Of a stretch of DNA of 64,000 bases, positions 28,123-37,009 are shown in pieces; position 1 is the first letter of the stretch, and each line of letters begins with the position of its first letter. Origin of the DNA: Sedimentisphaerales bacterium (GTDB lineage: Bacteria > Planctomycetota > Phycisphaerae > Sedimentisphaerales > Anaerobacaceae); assembly GCA_040772485.1 (NCBI GenBank), contig JAXGYC010000007.1, forward strand, positions 576,001 through 640,000. The letters are read 5' to 3'. The position numbers and the translations under genes were made by a program. The notes beneath the pieces were generated by a model that saw only the letters and a list, made by a program, of their open reading frames with translations, ran no database searches and was not told where the DNA came from.

Positions 28123-28633
28123 TTCGAACTCCTCTCTCTATCTATACCTATGCCCACGATCTTGGTCCGGTCCCAGATGTTGGACGGATCGTCTACTAAC
28201 GCACTTGTGCCGATATCGACCGATTTCGTAACGGTTTTTCCGGTTTTTCCGGCCTTCGCAGACTTTTTTACGCGCGCTGACGAGCCGGACCGGTCTCCCG
28301 ATACCCGTATAAAGGCTTTTCCTAAAATGGCTTATGGACCACCACCGGCCGATCGTATGGCGAAACTGCCTCGGAATCGAGGCACGCCGTCGCCGCTTCC
28401 GTGAGACCGCCTCCGGCCGTACTCCAACCGTCCTGTGGCGAAAGGGAGGGCCGCTTCTTTCTCTCGCAAGTGCCTCCAGATACTACACTTGCAGACAACC
28501 TCCTCCCACGTGACCGGGTTTCGGGGACGCCCGAGACCCCGGCCACCGTGAAACACTCCTAATGCCTATTCTGACCGGTTCGTCCCAGAAGTCAAGTCCC
28601 GATCTGTCGCGAACCACTGGCAGAAGCGCCGCG

Positions 28634-31600
28634 TCACTGCCGCGGCATCAGCGTGATCGTGTCGGTCGCCAGGAGCGAGCCCAAGCTGTTGTGGGCGCCC
28701 AGGGTATACGCGCCGGGCGCCAAGTCGTCGGGCAGGTGGGTCTCCCACGCGGTCAGATCCAGCCAGTCCACCGTCAGAGTCTGCCCAGTTTCCACCACGT
28801 CGATCCTCTGGACGTGGATCCACCCGCGACCGCGTATCGCCACAGAGGACGCTGCCACCTCCTTCGCCGACGGCGCGGTGATCTCAAACGGGATGGGATT
28901 TCCCGCTCTGGCCAGGACCTGGTTCATCACCCGCTCGTACCGCTGGTCAATGTGAGCCAGCCAGCTCGGCCACGCCTGTTCCGGCAGCAATTGCGCGAAG
29001 TGATCGGCCCAGGCGGACAGGTACACCCTGTTGAAGCTGACCTGGAGGAAATCGTAGACGTTTCCGTAGAAGGCATGCGCCCACGCAGGCTTTCGCAGGA
29101 GCTTGTTCAGCACGCTGTTGCTCTCGAGGGCCTGGTTCGCATTGTAGTAGTCCAGGTCATGGGGAAAATACGTGAACCGACCGTCGGTGGGACGAAAGTA
29201 GAACATCGCGTTGTGACTGGAGTTGCTGATCCAGTTGTCCGTGATGCCAAACGTCGAGCCGACCGCGAACGCCTGGAGCCACTGCTCGACGTCGATCGTC
29301 TCGGCGATGGACGATTCGAACGCCGTCTGGCTGAGGCCCAAGGCCTGCGTCAGCCGGATCACAGGCTCATAATCATCCAGATCCCGGTTGTTCTTGATCA
29401 GAAAGTGCCAGCGGTATTTCTCCTTGTCGGTGCCCAGATAGTCCGTGACACTGCGTCCGTAGACGCCGCCGCCCTCCTGTGGGATCTTCAGTCCCTCCGG
29501 ATCGTTGCCCACCGTTTCGGCCAGCGTGTAGACCAGCTCATACTCGTACACGGTGCCGGCGCCGCCTTCTTCGCCGTACGCCTCTTCACAATAGACCGGG
29601 CCGTAGCGAGCCAACTGGACCTCGACGCCGCTGCACTGCTGTTGTCGGGGGGCGATGAGGTAGCCCAAGTCATGGTATTTGGAGAATCCGCCGAAACGAT
29701 TCATCGCGACATGCTGTAGCATCTCGCGCTGCCCGACCTGCTGGCCGTCGGAGCGGTCGAAACCGATGGTGCGATGCACGCCGCGAAACAGCTTCTCGGG
29801 ATTGAATCGCAGATGAAAGCCGATGCGAGGCTCCTTGGGCCGGCCGTGCTCGCTGCCCTTCAGATGCACGCCCACGTCGTAGTACACATCCTGCTCGTTG
29901 ACGATCAGCGTGGCCCCGAGGTGCTCGTTGCTCATGCGGTTGGTGGGCTCGTACAACAGGTCGCGCTCCGCGCCGCGCATGACGATGCGATAGTTGAACA
30001 CGCCGGTGGTCCTGGGCGCAAACGGACCGCTCGCCTGTGGAGGTTGGGACGGCCGCCCTGCCGCCAGATCGACCTGCAAGACCCGATACTGGGCAAAAGA
30101 CTTCGGGCCTGCGGCCGGGCAGAATGCGACGAGCCCGCGTCCGTCCTGCGCTTCGACGTAGAACTGCACAAGGGTGTGGCTCGCGTGCGGCGGGATGACG
30201 GCGGCGAAGCGATCCTCCTGCCCGCTCATCTCCGCGGCTTGCCATGTCCCGTTGTCCGGCCGATACCACAACGTGACCTTCTCGACGCCGTCCGGATCGG
30301 TGGCCCTGACAGCGACTTCCACCGTCTGATCGGGCATAGGAACCGACGGGCTGTGGCGAAGCGCCGTCATGGTCGGACCGATGTTTGGCTGCCGGCACGA
30401 ATTCGCACGTCCCGGCGTGCCTGAAAGCGAGGGCACCGCCAGAAGCGTGGTCCGGGCCAGCCGGTTGAAAAACAGACGCGTATGCAGCAGCGGCGAGCCG
30501 CTGATCCATTTGGCCCGAAATCGAATCTCGACCTCGCGCCCGTTGTTGATTCGCGCGCCGTTGGCGAACGTCGTCTCGGCGTGGTTGTGCATGTGCTCGG
30601 TAGGCCCGGTCGCCACCAGATGTAGAACCGGATTCGTTCCATCGCTCGGATCGGCCTCAATCGTGCTGTGGCGATGGTTGCCCACGATCCTCCAGTGATC
30701 GAGCCCGCGAGAGAAATCGCCGTTCTGAAGCCGTTCTTGCGCGGCGCCGCCCGGGTCTTCGATCACGTGAATGTCGTCGATCAGGATCTCGCCGGCGTCC
30801 AGCAGCCCCATGACGAACTCGTGATAGAGGCTGTCATTGCCCACCGCGCTGGCCTGCACGACGCCGCGATACGAGATTGTCTGCCAGCTCGATCGAGATG
30901 ATTCATCGCTGGCGGCCCACGCAGCGCCGCAGTCGTTGTCCGCCCACGGATCGCGCAGTTCCAGGCTGCGGCCGCCGCCGTCGGCCGCCTCAGGCCAGGT
31001 CCCTCCGTCATAGTAGCGCAGCCAATCGACGGGATTGCCTCGGGCATCCAGGAGTCTCAACGCCTCGCCCCCGTTGGCCAGACGCCCCTGAAAGTCTCCC
31101 ACGATAGGAACATCCGGCAATCGCGCGGCCAGGTACGCTCGATTGCGCGCCACGACCAGGTACCCGCCCGCGGGCAGAGACGTTCCGTCGGGAAATGTGT
31201 ACGCAATCCCTTTATCGAAGCTCCAGCCGGACAGATCGACCGTTGCACTCCCTCGATTGTAGAGTTCGACCCAGGTCTTCGATTCACCGTCCTGCTCTTC
31301 GTCGTCGGAGAAATCGGCCACGGTCGCCTCCAGCGTGGCTTGAAACAGGAGATCCGAGCTGCTCGCCTCGATGTTATGGCCCTCGATGGCCAGGATGTTG
31401 ACGCCCGCCCTCAGTGCACCGAGGTGAGCCGATACGTCGAAGCCCTGGTAGCTGACCGCCGCCATGTCGTCGTTCGAGGCGGCGGCCGGGTCGTCCCATG
31501 CTTCGGACCCGGACATGTTGGCGCTGGCGATGAGCGTGCCGTTAAGAAAGGCCAGAAAGCCGTCGTCGTATCGCATGTTGAGCGTCAGCGACGCGAGGGC

Positions 31601-32872
31601 GCCCGGATCAGCGACCTCGAAGGGGATGCGGATGTAAACCGTGTTGCGGCGGCCATACATCTCGGCGCGGACATCCACGTCAATGTAGGGCTCGTATCCC
31701 GAGCTGACCTCGAAACCAACACCTGTCCCCGAGCCCTGGACCCAGGCGCCGTCGTCGAACGGCTCCGATCCGCCGGTCCATCGCCGCCCGATTTGGTCGT
31801 CCTTCGGGACCAGGACCTTCACAGCCGCGCTCTCGTCGAACAGCAACAGGCGCTGCGCGTTGTCCACCGCAGGCAGAGCCATGGGGTGATACATGATCTC
31901 GTTGATCACGATATCCGTGCACAGCTCGACCTCGTCGGGCTGTCCGGGTGTGGCAAACGCAGCAAACAGCCACGGTCCCGTGCCGGCGGGATGCCGGCCT
32001 GTCACGGTGTCAGCGACCCGCACGGCGTCGCAGACCTGATCGTCGCCCCGGCCGAGAAAGAGCCGATCACCGGGTTGCGGAACGAATCCCAGATCGCTCG
32101 GCGTGATCGTGACGTACCGGCCCGGGTCCAGGACATCGTCGTCAACTGGTAGGGGCGAGGCATGCCTCGCCCCTGCATTCGACTGCACTTCGAGCCAGGC
32201 ATCCGCCATCGCCGCCGGCTCAGATCCCACATTGACAATCTCCACGAAGAAGTCCGACTCGCCTGCCGGACAGACCTCGTTGAGACGCAGTGAACGTGGT
32301 AACGGTGTCGCATCGGTGAAGTTGGACGCATTCGGAGTGCCCCCGATCCGGTCGCTCCAGGTCCAATTCGACGCGGCATCGCTTTCGCGCGTGGGATCGA
32401 TCTTGGCCAGGGTGCAGCCGGAGCCGTCTGCGGCCACGGGCCAGTCCTCCCCGTCGTCGTATCGCACCCGATTCATCAGGCGGCCGCTGTTGTTGAGCAG
32501 CCGAATTTCCTCGCCCGCGTTGGAGAGCTTCCCGTCAAACGGTCCCAGGACCGGCGAGGCTGTCATCTCCAGTCCGCCTGCGGCGGACGCCACGACCACG
32601 TAGGAGTCGGGCGCGACGATTGTTCCAGCCGGAAAGGTGTACTCGACCGCACCCGCCAGAGACCAGCCGGACAGGTCCACGAGCGTTCCCATCTGGTTGT
32701 AGAGCTCGATCCACTCCGGCTCGTCCGCGCGCGGATGGAACATGATCTCGTTGATGACGACCACGCTGTCGGCCAACAGTGCGCACGGCGAGCACAGTTG
32801 AAGCGCGAGCCCCAGGAACAGGGCCGCGATCCACCTGCGGCGAAGATCGAGTTTCTCGTGATGTTCAGTCAT
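28634..32872 (-). CDS. Secreted lamin-tail-domain / CotH kinase family protein
   Basis: Repeated VVINEIM(F/Y)HP..(W)(I/V)ELYN..VDLSGW lamin-tail motifs, YDDGF, CotH-like VGVHLKGS, DNW, YFPHDLD. Confidence 0.88.
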   Translation of the reverse strand: MTEHHEKLDLRRRWIAALFLGLALQLCSPCALLADSVVVINEIMFHPRADEPEWIELYNQMGTLVDLSGWSLAGAVEYTFPAGTIVAPDSYVVVASAAGGLEMTASPVLGPFDGKLSNAGEEIRLLNNSGRLMNRVRYDDGEDWPVAADGSGCTLAKIDPTRESDAASNWTWSDRIGGTPNASNFTDATPLPRSLRLNEVCPAGESDFFVEIVNVGSEPAAMADAWLEVQSNAGARHASPLPVDDDVLDPGRYVTITPSDLGFVPQPGDRLFLGRGDDQVCDAVRVADTVTGRHPAGTGPWLFAAFATPGQPDEVELCTDIVINEIMYHPMALPAVDNAQRLLLFDESAAVKVLVPKDDQIGRRWTGGSEPFDDGAWVQGSGTGVGFEVSSGYEPYIDVDVRAEMYGRRNTVYIRIPFEVADPGALASLTLNMRYDDGFLAFLNGTLIASANMSGSEAWDDPAAASNDDMAAVSYQGFDVSAHLGALRAGVNILAIEGHNIEASSSDLLFQATLEATVADFSDDEEQDGESKTWVELYNRGSATVDLSGWSFDKGIAYTFPDGTSLPAGGYLVVARNRAYLAARLPDVPIVGDFQGRLANGGEALRLLDARGNPVDWLRYYDGGTWPEAADGGGRSLELRDPWADNDCGAAWAASDESSRSSWQTISYRGVVQASAVGNDSLYHEFVMGLLDAGEILIDDIHVIEDPGGAAQERLQNGDFSRGLDHWRIVGNHRHSTIEADPSDGTNPVLHLVATGPTEHMHNHAETTFANGARINNGREVEIRFRAKWISGSPLLHTRLFFNRLARTTLLAVPSLSGTPGRANSCRQPNIGPTMTALRHSPSVPMPDQTVEVAVRATDPDGVEKVTLWYRPDNGTWQAAEMSGQEDRFAAVIPPHASHTLVQFYVEAQDGRGLVAFCPAAGPKSFAQYRVLQVDLAAGRPSQPPQASGPFAPRTTGVFNYRIVMRGAERDLLYEPTNRMSNEHLGATLIVNEQDVYYDVGVHLKGSEHGRPKEPRIGFHLRFNPEKLFRGVHRTIGFDRSDGQQVGQREMLQHVAMNRFGGFSKYHDLGYLIAPRQQQCSGVEVQLARYGPVYCEEAYGEEGGAGTVYEYELVYTLAETVGNDPEGLKIPQEGGGVYGRSVTDYLGTDKEKYRWHFLIKNNRDLDDYEPVIRLTQALGLSQTAFESSIAETIDVEQWLQAFAVGSTFGITDNWISNSSHNAMFYFRPTDGRFTYFPHDLDYYNANQALESNSVLNKLLRKPAWAHAFYGNVYDFLQVSFNRVYLSAWADHFAQLLPEQAWPSWLAHIDQRYERVMNQVLARAGNPIPFEITAPSAKEVAASSVAIRGRGWIHVQRIDVVETGQTLTVDWLDLTAWETHLPDDLAPGAYTLGAHNSLGSLLATDTITLMPRQ
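32149..32176. repeat. GTAG-type REP (GTAGGGGCGAGGCATGCCTCGCCCCTGC) in frame inside the CotH gene
   Basis: 27/28 identical to the intergenic copy at 21415-21442; translates as AGARHASPL. Confidence 0.85.
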
Positions 32873-32875
32873 TAA

Positions 32876-33040
32876 CCGCCTCCGGTCCGCCTGTGGTCCG
32901 CCTGCGGCGGACGACTCGCTTTAGTCTTTCCACCTGTAGGGGCGAATGATTATTCGCCTGTACCGGTATTATACCACATGACGCATGCTCGCCGCTCGTC
33001 GATCTGAAACCAGTAAGGGGGAATGATCATTCGCCCGTAC
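32876..33040. repeat. Repeat cluster: 11-bp tandem ending in a family D palindrome, plus two family A REPs
   Basis: ccgcctccggt/ccgcctgtggt/ccgcctgcggc; family D at 32897-32911; REPs at 32936-32963 and 33013-33040. Confidence 0.8.
32968..32976 (-). promoter_or_regulatory. Extended -10 promoter TGGTATAAT for the CotH gene
   Basis: Perfect TGnTATAAT about 95 bp upstream of the start, between two REP copies. Confidence 0.6.
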
Positions 33041-33044
33041 CTGG

Positions 33045-36000
33045 TCACCAGCGGAAGAATCGGTAGGGATCATCCCATTCCTGCGGTTCGTCCAGATAGA
33101 GACCCTGAAGCCATCGGCCCGGCTCGGCTGGCTCGACGGAGCGAGAGAATCGACCGAGCAGCGGAGTCGGAGCCTGCGCGCCGAGGTTGGCCAGGAGCCG
33201 CGTGACCAGGAAACTGGTTCGCCGGAAGGTCCGCTTAAGCCCGAAGTTGCTGCGGTACTCGAATTGCCACGGGGCGAGCTGACAGAGGACGACCCTCCCT
33301 CCCGGAACGACCGCCAGCACGCCATCGCCGACGGGCTGGGCGCCCCCAGAGACCAGCGGAAGTATCCGCGGATCGCGGTTGTGCACGTCTGCCGGCCCAA
33401 TGCCGGCCAGTGGCGAGTCCATCGTCGCAGGATCGAAGAAGGCATTGATGTGTTCGGCCTGCCTCATGGTGACACGGACAGGCAATACGGCGTCGACGTC
33501 CTCCTGCGCCAAACCGACGGCCAGCACGCGTCCGCCCGACGCCAGGAACGCACCGATCGCGTCTTTGTGAGCGGACCCCGGCGCGCCGGGGCTGTCGGGC
33601 CCGAGGATCAGAACGGAGTCTGCGGGGATCTCACCGCCTTCGTAGGCGTGGAGGGGAAACCCTGCCGCTTCGAAGTGCTCGCGGCCGGCGGCCGTTCCGG
33701 CATAGAACGCCTCGCGCGGCGTCGCAGGCTTCCACGCGCGGACGTACCGTAGCAGGTTGGCGACGAGAATCTCCGCCGCCGGCTCCGTCTCCGTACGCCT
33801 GGTCACGTCGATCTGACAGAACAGCACCATCCCCGTGCCCTCGCGGTACTCCATCAGAGGGCTGTACTGGAGGCTGAATCCGCCGTCCACGATGGGCAGG
33901 AAATCGCCGCACGCCGGTTTCTCGATGAGGACCGATGCCACGTTTCCGCGATTGCCGCATCGCCACGCGCGCGTCACCGTCAGGCCGCACCACGTCACAG
34001 CCGGCGCGCCGTTGAACTTGGACGAACGTTCGTACTTCAACCTTGGCGGAACGATGGTCGCTTCGCCTCGCCAGTCACGCAGGTTCTCGACTTCAAGTCC
34101 GGCCAGGACGGGATGGTCGGGCACGCGAGGGAAAACATTCCGCAGGCCATACTCGACCACGCGGAAACCGAACCGCTTCTCCAGCACCTCCGGCGTCTGC
34201 TCGAACACGACCACTTTGAGCCCATCCCGGACCTGCCCGATATCCGGCCCCGGCGCGCCAGGGTCCACTGTCATGGCTGCCTTGCCCACAACGAGCATCT
34301 CATACGAACCGAGATCGGCGGTCGCGTCGACACGTTCGCAGGACAGCCCCATCTCTTCCATCAACTGTGCCGTCTCGCCGGCAGGATCGAAGAGAGCAAC
34401 CTTGGCCTTGTCGCGCACCAGCGCCGGACGCGGAACAACGTGGATCGTGAATGTGTCTTCTTGTGACTGACCATTGCTGAATGCGGCCTTGGCAATCATT
34501 TCGTATGAGCCGGGTTTCGCGCTGGTCGGGATGACAAAGCGTATCGGTACGTTCGCCTGCTGACCTGTTTCGACGGCGACCTCTTCGTTGCCGAGGACCG
34601 GCTCAGGCAACCCGACACGCCACGAGCACGTGCAACGGACCGGCTCGCGCGAGTTGTTGACCACGATCAACGGCTTGTCTACCGTCTGGCCGGCAGTGAA
34701 ATTGTGGTCCTTGCCGGTGAAGGAACCGGCCTTACCGGCGATGTAGGCCAGGAGGGGCTGGTTGTTGCGCAGGATGGCGTTGCCGGCACCGGTGGGGACC
34801 CAGTCCGCGCGTTCATACGCCAGGTCCATCCGTTCGTAGCGCTGCTCGCGATAGTCGGGACTGAAGCCGGGCCGCTGCAGGTTGAGCCAATCCACCTCGA
34901 ATTCTTCACGTCGGTTCCTGTCCACGCCGGGGCGAAGCCGGAACAGGATGTGATGCTCCCAGGGCGAGATGGCCGAGACGCCCCACGTGCGGAAAGCCCG
35001 CCAGTTGTCCGTGAGGTAGAGATCGAACACCGGTTCGCGCTCGGGAAAATCGGTCGAACCCAACTGGTGAGGATAGTCCCAGCGATGCCAGAGCCTGCCG
35101 GCGCGGAATTGTTGGGCCTCCCAGCGCAAGTTCGGCTTCTCCATTTCGCTGATCGCGAAGGCGCGGTCGCCGAAGAACTGGGCGTTCCATTCGGCCAGGC
35201 AGAACTCCCACGGCACCGCCGCACTGCCGAATTCCCTCTTGCCCTCGTACCAGCCGCGATACATCGCCCAGTCCCAGGTGAACGGCGCGCCGTACTCGCA
35301 CAGGAAGACCGGCTTGACGCCCTGCGTCGCCCAGTGCTCGAACCAGTCCGACATCTCCTGCACGGGAACGAAGTTCGGATAGAAGTTGATCGCGTGCATC
35401 GAGCCTAAGTTGCCCGAGGCGTGGTGATAGACGATGCGAGACGGGTCCAGCGTCCGGACAATGGCCTCGGCCCGCGTAGCGAGTTTGACGTTTCGCAGCG
35501 CCCAGTTGTCGCGGGCGTCCTGAAGGCCGTCGATCATGTCGGGATTCATGTCCTCGCTGTAACCCGTCGCGTTGTGACTCATGGAGTACATCACGACGGA
35601 CGGGTGATTCTGGGCGACTCGAACGTGGAACTCGGCGTGCCGGACGTAGCCGTTGTTGCGATCCGCATCGGGCTCCTGCCAGTCATAGTGGCTGAAGTGC
35701 GGCTGCGAGAACGACACGAGCATCCCGGTGTCGTCGGCGGCCTGGAGAATCTCGGCGAAGCTCAGATGCGAGCCGGGCTGGCAGCCGTAATTGTGCGTGT
35801 AGACGAAGTTGATGCCGAAGCTCTTGAGCCGCTCCAGACTCTCGCGGGCCGCCTCATAGGTGGCCGACGCGGCGCCGACCTGGGCGTTGTCCAGCGGCAC
35901 CGCCGACAGGAAGATGCGCGTGCCGTTGAGATAGAAGTCGCGGCCCTCGATCCACATCTCTCGGAATCCGAAGCGGATGGGCCAGTGCGTGTCGAGCGCG

Positions 36001-36974
36001 TGGCCTTGCACGTCGAGAAGGGAAACTTCGGCGTCATAGGTGTTCAGCGGCGTGTGAAGATCCCAGAGCTTGTCCGGCATCCACTTGTCTGTGCACGTGA
36101 TGCGGCCCTCGCGGACGTCACTTGCCCGGAACGGGCGACCTGTGAATTCCTTCAGGACGCGGTCTTTGTCGAGGATCCGAACGCCGACGGTGTATTCGCT
36201 CTGAGCGTCAAGTCCTTCCAACTCCAGATCGAGCGAAATCTCGTGTTGGCGGATCGACGTGGCCACTCGCGCATCGGCGATGCGCGGTCCGGCCGGCATG
36301 CCGATCAGGCAGACGTCGCCGCACAGGCCTCGTCGCGCCACGGTTCCCTTGATCTCACGTGCCGCGGCGGTGTCGGCATAGGAGAGCATCACCCCTTTGA
36401 GCGGCATGGCGACGACGAGGAGACTGAGCCGATGCGTCCGGCCCGGATGACAGAAGGCCGTCAGGTCGACTTCGGCACCTGGAAATCGAGCCTCGCCCGC
36501 CTGGACACCGTCCACGTGGATCGAGGCATACGAATTCAGATACTCGAGACAGAGCGAGATGCGCCGGCCGGCCCAGGACGACGGGATCGTGATCTCCCGC
36601 TCGTACCAGGCAGCGGCCACGTCGCGCAGTGCGAGATTGCGCCAGCTCGGATGCGCGTACACCGTCTGGCTGTCCTTTTGCATGTAGTCGGCGATCCCGG
36701 GCCAGCACCCTGGGACCTTGAAGTAGCCCCAATCGGCGTGTGGCACGCCTGCGGCGGACTCGGAATCCGTCTGTGCCGGTTGCCAACGCCAGAGGCCATT
36801 GATACAGACGCGCTCGCGAGTCGCGGTAGCTTCTCGATACGCCGTGGAAATGTCCCACGTCGGCTGAACGCCCGGCGGCAGTGCGGCGTCTTCAGATGTT
36901 GTATTGGCGGCAGCAAAGCACGCCATTGTCAGATACGCAATGCAGATAAGGGTGCGTGACGTCAGCATATACAT
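33045..36974 (-). CDS. Large secreted GH2-like (beta-galactosidase-like) protein
   Basis: VCINGLWRW sugar-binding domain, KLWD..P..Y, FGFRE, LKSFGINF, NHPSVVMYS, LDPSR, FLCEYG; C-terminal GATase-like domains. Confidence 0.8.
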   Translation of the reverse strand: MYMLTSRTLICIAYLTMACFAAANTTSEDAALPPGVQPTWDISTAYREATATRERVCINGLWRWQPAQTDSESAAGVPHADWGYFKVPGCWPGIADYMQKDSQTVYAHPSWRNLALRDVAAAWYEREITIPSSWAGRRISLCLEYLNSYASIHVDGVQAGEARFPGAEVDLTAFCHPGRTHRLSLLVVAMPLKGVMLSYADTAAAREIKGTVARRGLCGDVCLIGMPAGPRIADARVATSIRQHEISLDLELEGLDAQSEYTVGVRILDKDRVLKEFTGRPFRASDVREGRITCTDKWMPDKLWDLHTPLNTYDAEVSLLDVQGHALDTHWPIRFGFREMWIEGRDFYLNGTRIFLSAVPLDNAQVGAASATYEAARESLERLKSFGINFVYTHNYGCQPGSHLSFAEILQAADDTGMLVSFSQPHFSHYDWQEPDADRNNGYVRHAEFHVRVAQNHPSVVMYSMSHNATGYSEDMNPDMIDGLQDARDNWALRNVKLATRAEAIVRTLDPSRIVYHHASGNLGSMHAINFYPNFVPVQEMSDWFEHWATQGVKPVFLCEYGAPFTWDWAMYRGWYEGKREFGSAAVPWEFCLAEWNAQFFGDRAFAISEMEKPNLRWEAQQFRAGRLWHRWDYPHQLGSTDFPEREPVFDLYLTDNWRAFRTWGVSAISPWEHHILFRLRPGVDRNRREEFEVDWLNLQRPGFSPDYREQRYERMDLAYERADWVPTGAGNAILRNNQPLLAYIAGKAGSFTGKDHNFTAGQTVDKPLIVVNNSREPVRCTCSWRVGLPEPVLGNEEVAVETGQQANVPIRFVIPTSAKPGSYEMIAKAAFSNGQSQEDTFTIHVVPRPALVRDKAKVALFDPAGETAQLMEEMGLSCERVDATADLGSYEMLVVGKAAMTVDPGAPGPDIGQVRDGLKVVVFEQTPEVLEKRFGFRVVEYGLRNVFPRVPDHPVLAGLEVENLRDWRGEATIVPPRLKYERSSKFNGAPAVTWCGLTVTRAWRCGNRGNVASVLIEKPACGDFLPIVDGGFSLQYSPLMEYREGTGMVLFCQIDVTRRTETEPAAEILVANLLRYVRAWKPATPREAFYAGTAAGREHFEAAGFPLHAYEGGEIPADSVLILGPDSPGAPGSAHKDAIGAFLASGGRVLAVGLAQEDVDAVLPVRVTMRQAEHINAFFDPATMDSPLAGIGPADVHNRDPRILPLVSGGAQPVGDGVLAVVPGGRVVLCQLAPWQFEYRSNFGLKRTFRRTSFLVTRLLANLGAQAPTPLLGRFSRSVEPAEPGRWLQGLYLDEPQEWDDPYRFFRW

Positions 36975-36981
36975 CCACCAG

Positions 36982-37009
36982 GTGCGGGCGAATGATTATT
37001 CGCACCTAC
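36982..37009. repeat. Family A REP overlapping the stop codon of the upstream minus-strand gene
   Basis: gtgcgggcgaatgattattcgcacctac; its terminal GTAG (minus strand) contains the TAG at 37008-37006. Confidence 0.75.

Noticed and set aside
24826..28404. 1192-aa plus-strand ORF
   Set aside because: Antisense shadow of the PPC gene, typical of high-GC DNA; no recognisable motifs
28322..28556. 74-aa minus-strand ORFs after an AGGAG
   Set aside because: No recognisable motif or coding-like composition; overlaps a hairpin
28123..28633. Riboswitch (for example c-di-GMP-I) in the long leader of the PPC gene
   Set aside because: A hairpin exists near 28510-28547, but I could not find the conserved aptamer motifs; an Rfam/Infernal scan would settle it
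30036..30068. Possible further REP-derived in-frame insert in the CotH gene (LAAGRPSQPPQA)
   Set aside because: No second copy found in the window and only a weak palindrome
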